From contig JANNFC010000383.1 in assembly GCA_031379405.1 (NCBI GenBank), positions 1-44,291 of the forward strand: 44,291 nucleotides of DNA, read 5' to 3'. Below, piece after piece: positions 39,301 through 44,291 of this stretch (positions are counted from its first letter, which is position 1; every line of letters begins with the position of its first letter). The notes under the pieces were generated by a model that was not told the origin of the DNA, ran no database searches, and was given only the letters and a program-made list of their open reading frames with translations. Origin of the DNA: Betaproteobacteria bacterium (GTDB lineage: Bacteria > Pseudomonadota > Gammaproteobacteria > Burkholderiales > SHXO01). The position numbers and the translations under genes were made by a program.

Positions 39301-40461
39301 GTGGATTTTTCCTTCTCCATCGATCAAATGGTGCTGCGCGAATCCCTCGCCAAACTCTGTGTCGACTTCGATGCAACCTACTGGAGCGAGCGTGATCGGC
39401 TAGGAGAGTTTCCGACAGCATTCTTCGAAGCGATTGCGCGAGCGGGATGGCTGGGCATTGCCATGCCCACGCAGTACGGCGGTGCGGGCCTGGGTATCAC
39501 CGAAGCCGCCTTGATGATGCAAACCATCAGCGCATCGGGAGCGGGGTTTTCCGGGGCGTCCGCCATACACATGAACATCTTCGGCTTGAATCCGGTAGTG
39601 AAGTTCGGCACCGACGCGCAGAAACGGCGCTGGTTGCCACCCTTGATTCGCGGTGAAGAACAAGCCTGCTTCGCGGTGACCGAGCCCAACTCTGGACTCA
39701 ACACCGCCAAACTTGAGAGCTTTGCACGACGCGAGGGCGAGCGTTACGTGTTACGCGGGCGAAAAATCTGGACCTCCACCGCGCAGGTCGCGCACCGGAT
39801 GCTCATTTTGGCGCGTACCGCTCCCGCCGCCCACAAACCCACCGATGGCCTATCCTTGTTCTACACTGCCCTCGACCGTCAGTTTGTCGAAGTGCGCGAG
39901 ATCGACAAGATGGGCCGCGCTGCGGTGGATTCAAACATGCTATTCGTCGACGAACTTCCCGTTGCCGCACAGGACCTGATCGGTGAGGAAGGCAAAGGCT
40001 TCGAATACCTTCTACATGGCTTCAATCCCGAACGTATTCTGATCGCTGCCGAAGCCGTCGGGTTGGGCCATGCGGCCCTGACGAGAGCCACCGACTACGC
40101 CAAGGAGCGCGTCGTGTTCGACCGCCCCATCGGACAGAACCAGTCCATCCAGCACCCGCTGGCGCGCTGCTGGATGGAGTTGGAAGCCGCCAACCTCATG
40201 ACATTCAAAGCGGCGACGCTCTACGACGCCGGCCAGGCTTGCGGCGCCGAAGCCAATGCCGCCAAGTATCTGGCGGGCGAAGCCGGCTTCCGCGCTTGCG
40301 AGCAAGCGGTGTTCACCCTGGGCGGTATGGGTTATGCAAAGGAGTACCATGTCGAACGTTACTTCCGCGAATCCATGATTCCGCGCCTGACCCCCGTATC
40401 CCCGCAATTAATTCACTGCTTCATTGCGGAAAAGGTCCTAGGCCTGCCAAAATCGTACTGA
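39301..40461 (+). CDS. Acyl-CoA dehydrogenase family protein
   Basis: The 386-aa protein starts at GTG immediately after the CoA-transferase stop. It contains GWLGIAMPTQYGGAGL, AVTEPNSGLNTAKL, WTSTA and GGMGYAKEYHVERYFRE (catalytic Glu region). Confidence 0.87.
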   Translation: MDFSFSIDQMVLRESLAKLCVDFDATYWSERDRLGEFPTAFFEAIARAGWLGIAMPTQYGGAGLGITEAALMMQTISASGAGFSGASAIHMNIFGLNPVVKFGTDAQKRRWLPPLIRGEEQACFAVTEPNSGLNTAKLESFARREGERYVLRGRKIWTSTAQVAHRMLILARTAPAAHKPTDGLSLFYTALDRQFVEVREIDKMGRAAVDSNMLFVDELPVAAQDLIGEEGKGFEYLLHGFNPERILIAAEAVGLGHAALTRATDYAKERVVFDRPIGQNQSIQHPLARCWMELEAANLMTFKAATLYDAGQACGAEANAAKYLAGEAGFRACEQAVFTLGGMGYAKEYHVERYFRESMIPRLTPVSPQLIHCFIAEKVLGLPKSY

Positions 40462-40502
40462 CAGGCCGCAACGGAACTTGAATTTGTCGGTCGAAGCCTG
40501 TA

Positions 40503-40530
40503 GTTATTCTTCTGTCGTTATTCTTCTGTC
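40503..40530. repeat. Perfect 14-bp tandem duplication (GTTATTCTTCTGTC x2)
   Basis: Read directly from the sequence. It ends 7 nt before the AAAGGAG Shine-Dalgarno of the Tim44-like gene. Confidence 0.9.
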
Positions 40531-40557
40531 ATCACCCAAAGGAGTTCCTGCAATCTT

Positions 40558-41487
40558 ATGAACAGTCCCTTACGCACATGGATGTCCAAATTCGCCGTTA
40601 TCGCCCTCACCGTGGGAAGCCTCACCATGGTGGCGCACGATGTCGATGCCAAGCGTTTCGGCGGTGGTAAGAGCTTCGGACGACAGTCATCCAACGTCAG
40701 CAAGCAAAGCACCCCGGCCAATAGCGCCGCGCCCAGCCAACAGCAAGCGGCTGCGGGCGCCGCCCAACCGCCACAGCGTAATCGCTGGTTAGGCCCTCTC
40801 GCCGGCATTGCCGCCGGGTTGGGACTGGCAGCGCTGTTTTCGCATCTGGGCATAGGCGGAGGGTTCGGCAGCATACTCATGATCCTGCTGCTGGCGATGG
40901 CTGGCGTCTTTATTTGGCGCATGATTCGCCGCAACCAGGCCAGTCCGGCAACGGACCGTCGTGAACCGGCGCTCGCCAACGCCATTCCCCGACCCACCAC
41001 CAACTATGCCCCTCCGCCCGAATCGGCTCCCCTACCCGTCGGCACCCCCACACTACCCGGTGGCGCGTCCAATTCCGTGATGGCTTCCTTCGGCGACGCG
41101 GCCACCTGGGGAATTCCGGCTGATTTCGACAAGGAAGGCTTCGCCCGCAGCGCGAAAGTGCACTATATCCGCCTGCAAGCCGCCTGGGACGCCAAGGATT
41201 TGTCCGATATCCGTGAGTTCACGACCCCGGAAATGTACGCTGAGGTCAAGATGCAATTGGCCGAAGCCAAGGACGAGAAGTCCGTAACCGAAGTAGTCGA
41301 TTTAGAGGCGGAAGTACTGGGCGTGGAAACCGGCGCCCGGGAAGATCTTGCCAGCGTACGCTTCAAGGGCACCATCCGCGAGACGGTCGGCGGCCCCGCC
41401 GAGCCGTTCGAGGAAGTTTGGAACCTGCTTAAGCCCACCAGCGGAAAATCCGGGTGGCTGCTAGCCGGGATCCAGCAATTGCCTTAA
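40558..41487 (+). CDS. Tim44-like domain-containing membrane protein
   Basis: The 309-aa protein has a signal or anchor, KRFGGGKSFGRQ, a Gln/Ala-rich linker and a TM helix (GSILMILLLAMAGVFIW). The C-terminal domain (FDKEGFARSAKVHYIRLQAAWDAKDLSDIREFTTPEMY....WLLAGIQQ) is typical of bacterial Tim44-like proteins. Confidence 0.8.
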   Translation: MNSPLRTWMSKFAVIALTVGSLTMVAHDVDAKRFGGGKSFGRQSSNVSKQSTPANSAAPSQQQAAAGAAQPPQRNRWLGPLAGIAAGLGLAALFSHLGIGGGFGSILMILLLAMAGVFIWRMIRRNQASPATDRREPALANAIPRPTTNYAPPPESAPLPVGTPTLPGGASNSVMASFGDAATWGIPADFDKEGFARSAKVHYIRLQAAWDAKDLSDIREFTTPEMYAEVKMQLAEAKDEKSVTEVVDLEAEVLGVETGAREDLASVRFKGTIRETVGGPAEPFEEVWNLLKPTSGKSGWLLAGIQQLP

Positions 41488-41505
41488 ACGACAACCCCGT
41501 CTCAG

Positions 41506-41537
41506 AAAAACGGCGGTCCTTGGGCCGCCGTTTTTTT
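41506..41537. terminator. Rho-independent terminator after the Tim44-like gene
   Basis: AAAAACGGCGGTCC-TTG-GGCCGCCGTTTTTTT is a GC stem flanked by an A-run and a T7 run. Confidence 0.75.
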
Positions 41538-41634
41538 GCAAGATCGGCGCGGTAGGTGCGCGGGAAATTCCTGATAGCATCTCTTGACCGCGCCCAGGCG
41601 CGGCAATTGAAACCCAAAGTTTACGGAGGAGTGG

Positions 41635-42297
41635 ATGAGTAATATCTATGGCGCCCAACACCGCGCTTTGCAGGACACATTCGACACGCGCCGGCTGGCG
41701 GATTTGATCGAAGGTGGCTTCATCGCCAAGGAAGTCGACCCCAACAACAAGGCCTTCATCGAATCGCGCGACATGTTCTTCCTGTCCTCGATCGATCAGA
41801 ACGGCAATCCCACGGTGTCGTACAAAGGCGGCGATCCCGGCTTCGTCAGAGTGCTCGACAGCAAGACCATCGCCTTTCCGCTCTACGACGGCAATGGCAT
41901 GTTCTACTCCTGGGGCAATATCTCGGGTAATGCCAAGGTCGGCATGCTGTTCATCGATTTCATCACTCCCAACCGCCTGCGCGTGCAAGGCACCGCCTCG
42001 GTCGACGCAAACGATCCGTTGATGATGGAATACGTGGAAGCTCAAGGCATCGTGCGCGTCACCGTCGAGGGCATGTGGCCTAACTGCCCGCGCTATGTAC
42101 ATCGCTTCGAGAAAGTAAAGCCCTCCCGCTATGTGCCGCGCACAGCCTGCGAAACACCGTTGGCCGGTTGGAAGCGTATCGACATCGTACAAGGTGCTTT
42201 GCCCGCCAAGGATCAAGGCAGGGCCGAAAAGGCAGGCGGATTGGTCACGGTCGAAGACTGGTTCGGTAAGCTCTATCAAGGAAGCGAAGAGGCATAA
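41635..42297 (+). CDS. Pyridoxamine 5'-phosphate oxidase-family (FMN-binding split barrel) protein
   Basis: The 220-aa protein contains FFLSSIDQNGNPTVSYKGGDPGFVRVLD..TIAFPLYDGNGMFYSWGNI..N.KVGMLFIDF..PNRLRVQG, which matches the PNPOx-related family pattern from memory. Confidence 0.65.
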   Translation: MSNIYGAQHRALQDTFDTRRLADLIEGGFIAKEVDPNNKAFIESRDMFFLSSIDQNGNPTVSYKGGDPGFVRVLDSKTIAFPLYDGNGMFYSWGNISGNAKVGMLFIDFITPNRLRVQGTASVDANDPLMMEYVEAQGIVRVTVEGMWPNCPRYVHRFEKVKPSRYVPRTACETPLAGWKRIDIVQGALPAKDQGRAEKAGGLVTVEDWFGKLYQGSEEA

Positions 42298-42373
42298 TCG
42301 CAACGAGAACCCCTAGGGTGCGATGCAGGCACCATGAGGCGCAAACGCACCCTAACGGTCTGGAGACGAAACG

Positions 42374-43210
42374 GTGTTGACCCCAAAAGAAATCGAGCGC
42401 TATCACGAGCGCGGCTACGTAATTCCGGATTTCCGCTTACCCGACGCGCTGCTTGCTCGCCTAAGGAAGGGCCTGGACCACCTGCTCGCGACCTATACCG
42501 ACGTGAAGCAGGAGGATCTCGCCAATCCCCACATGCTGCCACCCACCGACGGACCCGAAACCAATCCATTCATGACGGCAGCACGCCATCCGGCCCTCCT
42601 GGACATGATCGAGCAACTGGTCGGCCCCGATCTCATCCTGTGGATCACCCGCATTTTGTGCAAACCTGCGGTGAAAGGGCGCGAAGTGCCATGGCATCAG
42701 GATGGAGAGTATTGGCCGATGCGGCCCTTAGCCACCTGTTCGGCTTGGGTTGCGATCGATCCGGTTTCCACACTCAACGGTTGTATGCGCTTCATCCCGG
42801 GCTCGCACCGCAAGCAGGAGTTGTATCGTCATCACGTCACCAACCGCGATAACCTGGTCCTGAATCTGGAACTCGATCAGGACCAGTTCAACGAAGCGGA
42901 CGCGGTGAACGTCGAACTGGAACCGGGTCAGGTGTCGCTGCACGATGTGCGGCTCATACACGGTTCGCTCGCCAACAATTCAGGTCAGAGGCGCGGCGCG
43001 CTGATCATGCGCTACATGCCGGCTACCTCGCACTATGACCGTTCACTCGTCGACAAGCGCCGCGACAACAGTCCATTCAACATCTACGAACAGCCCTTAT
43101 GGTTGATGCGCGGCGTGGATCGTTCGGGGAAAAACGACCTTACGCACGGCCATGATTTGTGGCGCAAGCGCTATACGGGCGGAACAGTGAGTTCGGCGGC
43201 TGTAGGGTAA
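42374..43210 (+). CDS. Phytanoyl-CoA dioxygenase (PhyH) family Fe(II)/2-oxoglutarate oxygenase
   Basis: The 278-aa protein starts at GTG or TTG. It contains LTPKEIERYHERGYV, a WHQDGEYWP HxD facial-triad motif, a distal His in VSLHDVRLIHGS and an Arg in RRGALIMRY. Confidence 0.78.
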   Translation: MLTPKEIERYHERGYVIPDFRLPDALLARLRKGLDHLLATYTDVKQEDLANPHMLPPTDGPETNPFMTAARHPALLDMIEQLVGPDLILWITRILCKPAVKGREVPWHQDGEYWPMRPLATCSAWVAIDPVSTLNGCMRFIPGSHRKQELYRHHVTNRDNLVLNLELDQDQFNEADAVNVELEPGQVSLHDVRLIHGSLANNSGQRRGALIMRYMPATSHYDRSLVDKRRDNSPFNIYEQPLWLMRGVDRSGKNDLTHGHDLWRKRYTGGTVSSAAVG

Positions 43211-43215
43211 ATCTC

Positions 43216-43602
43216 TCAGCCTCGCAGCATCCGCACCATCCAGATCCCCACCGCCGTCAAGGTCAAGGACGTCGCGAGATGAGCCCCGATGTGCGCCATC
43301 GCCCAGCCGATCTGTTGCTTCGCCATCAAGCCCACGGCTTCCGCCGAGAACGTGGAGAACGTCGTCAGCCCGCCGAGAAATCCAGTAATGACCAGCAACT
43401 TCACCTCCGGCGGCACCGAGGAATTTCCGGTGAAAAACTCTACCGCCACGCCGATCAACAACCCCCCCACTGCGTTGGCGATGAGCGTGCCCAATGGCAG
43501 GCTGGGAAATAGCGGATTAAGTGCTATCGCCAGTAGCCAGCGAATCCACGCGCCTAGTGCCGCGCCCACGCCCACGGCGCACCAATGCGTCCACGATGTC
43601 AA
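43216..43602 (-). CDS. crcB: Fluoride efflux channel CrcB/FluC
   Basis: The 128-aa protein has 4 TM helices and contains LGTLIANAVGGLLIG and TGFLGGLTTFSTFS. A TTG start is preceded by AAGGAGGAG. Confidence 0.9.
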   Translation of the reverse strand: MTSWTHWCAVGVGAALGAWIRWLLAIALNPLFPSLPLGTLIANAVGGLLIGVAVEFFTGNSSVPPEVKLLVITGFLGGLTTFSTFSAEAVGLMAKQQIGWAMAHIGAHLATSLTLTAVGIWMVRMLRG

Positions 43603-43656
43603 AGCTCCTCCTTACGGAACGACCAGGCCGGATGCTACCGCATGAGGCAAAATAAG

Positions 43657-43675
43657 CTCTAGTGAGTCACTAGAG
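43657..43675. promoter_or_regulatory. 19-bp perfect palindrome in the crcB / Rieske-oxygenase divergent intergenic region (possible operator)
   Basis: CTCTAGTGA-G-TCACTAGAG was read directly from the sequence. It lies 9 nt upstream of the oxygenase ATG and 55 nt upstream of the crcB start. Its function is inferred only. Confidence 0.3.
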
Positions 43676-43683
43676 ATCCCCAA

Positions 43684-44291
43684 ATGAGAATGCTCCAATG
43701 CTTAGTCGAACCCGACCGGGTGCATCGTACCGTGTATACCGATCAGGCGATCTTCGATCGCGAGATCAGCGAGATTTTCGAGAAAACTTGGGTCTATTGC
43801 GGACATGAATCGCAGGTGCGGCAACCCGGCGACTATCACACGCTGCAAATCGGTCGGCAGCCCATGGTGATGGTACGCGGACAAGACGCCAAGATTCGAG
43901 TGCTCTACAACCGTTGCCCACATCGCGGCGTGCAAGTGTGCGGCGCCATCAAGGGCAACGTCGGTTCGAGTTTGGTATGTTCCTACCACGCCTGGAGTTT
44001 CAACCTCGACGGAACATTGAAGGGCATGCCGCTGCAGGCGGGTTACGATGGCACGCGTATGACGCGCGACAATCCGGACTGCAACATGAAGACGGCCACG
44101 CGCGTGGATAGTTATCGCGGATTCGTCTTTGCCAGTCTGACCAACGAGGGATCCGGTCTGCTGGAATTCCTGGGCGACGCTCGCATCGCTTTCGACGACA
44201 TGTGCGATCGCTCGCCCGAGGGTGAAGTGGAAGTAGTGCCCTATTGCCATCGCATCATGCAGCATTCCAATTGGAAGTTCTTCATGGAGAA
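43684..44291 (+). CDS. Rieske [2Fe-2S] aromatic-ring-hydroxylating oxygenase, alpha subunit (5' partial, runs off the window)
   Basis: This is my own translation; it is absent from the ORF track because no stop lies in the window. It reads MRMLQCLVEPDRVHRTVYTDQAIFDREISEIFEKTWVYCGHESQV...YNRCPHRGVQVC...LVCSYHAWSFNLDG, which contains the Rieske CxH...CxxH motif. The exact start is uncertain (ATG 43684 or 43690). Confidence 0.85.
   Translation, partial: MRMLQCLVEPDRVHRTVYTDQAIFDREISEIFEKTWVYCGHESQVRQPGDYHTLQIGRQPMVMVRGQDAKIRVLYNRCPHRGVQVCGAIKGNVGSSLVCSYHAWSFNLDGTLKGMPLQAGYDGTRMTRDNPDCNMKTATRVDSYRGFVFASLTNEGSGLLEFLGDARIAFDDMCDRSPEGEVEVVPYCHRIMQHSNWKFFME

Noticed and set aside
43603-43683. A fluoride (crcB-motif) riboswitch upstream of crcB.
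   Set aside because: The conserved core elements (GGCGATG…AAAC-GCC…GGCTGATG..CTCTAC) are not recognisable by eye, and the leader is only 81 nt and shared with a divergent gene. An Infernal scan is needed to be definitive.
43702-44265. A 187-aa minus-strand ORF at the right end, with 41461-42303 (280 aa) opposite the PNPOx-like gene and 38044-38538 opposite the CoA-transferase.
   Set aside because: They are antisense to frames carrying diagnostic motifs (Rieske CPHRG/CSYHAW; the CoA-transferase N-terminus). These are shadow ORFs.

Overview
This is a 44.3-kb chromosomal segment of roughly 60% GC (judged by eye). The gene order suggests a Betaproteobacterium, but that is inference from synteny only: gyrA-serC-serA-pheA-hisC-tyrA-aroA/cmk-rpsA-ihfB-lapA-lapB-pyrF-ugd-hldA-hldD-cysM, with ompA-mtaD-ubiG lying divergent from gyrA. 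Positions 1-29,400 are core housekeeping. They hold tRNA-Ser(UGA), a BI-1/YccA homologue, rlmD, GTP-PEPCK, and a block of 19 co-oriented minus-strand genes for LPS-core, aromatic amino acid, serine, translation and gyrase functions. From about 29.4 kb the window becomes accessory-like. A RAYT-type HUH/Y1 transposase gene is flanked by inverted 24-bp REP-like repeats, followed by the tmRNA gene ssrA (tag ANDDRYALAA). Next comes a patch that looks lower in GC and contains small stress or unknown-function genes (SRPBCC, VOC, two YceI) mixed with decayed genes (two YCII fragments and a doubly disrupted DHA2-type MFS pseudogene). A second cluster of the same REP family follows. Directly beside it is the most interesting locus: a translationally overlapped two-gene operon encoding a signal-peptide protein I cannot place in any family and a 529-aa protein with an N-terminal TIR domain, two widely spaced TM helices and an unrecognisable central domain of about 310 aa. 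I flag this as a candidate uncharacterised TIR signalling or defence module. The right end returns to metabolic genes: a CaiB-type CoA-transferase, an acyl-CoA dehydrogenase, Tim44-like, PNPOx-like and PhyH-like proteins, crcB and a partial Rieske oxygenase. Other observations are a 776-aa OmpA-family protein with a large acidic insertion containing 60-bp tandem repeats, a 14-nt triplication at the serA start that creates a relay of overlapping MSTPL mini-ORFs, an AroA-Cmk fusion, and Asn at GyrA position 83. No CRISPR array, rRNA, integrase or prophage was seen.
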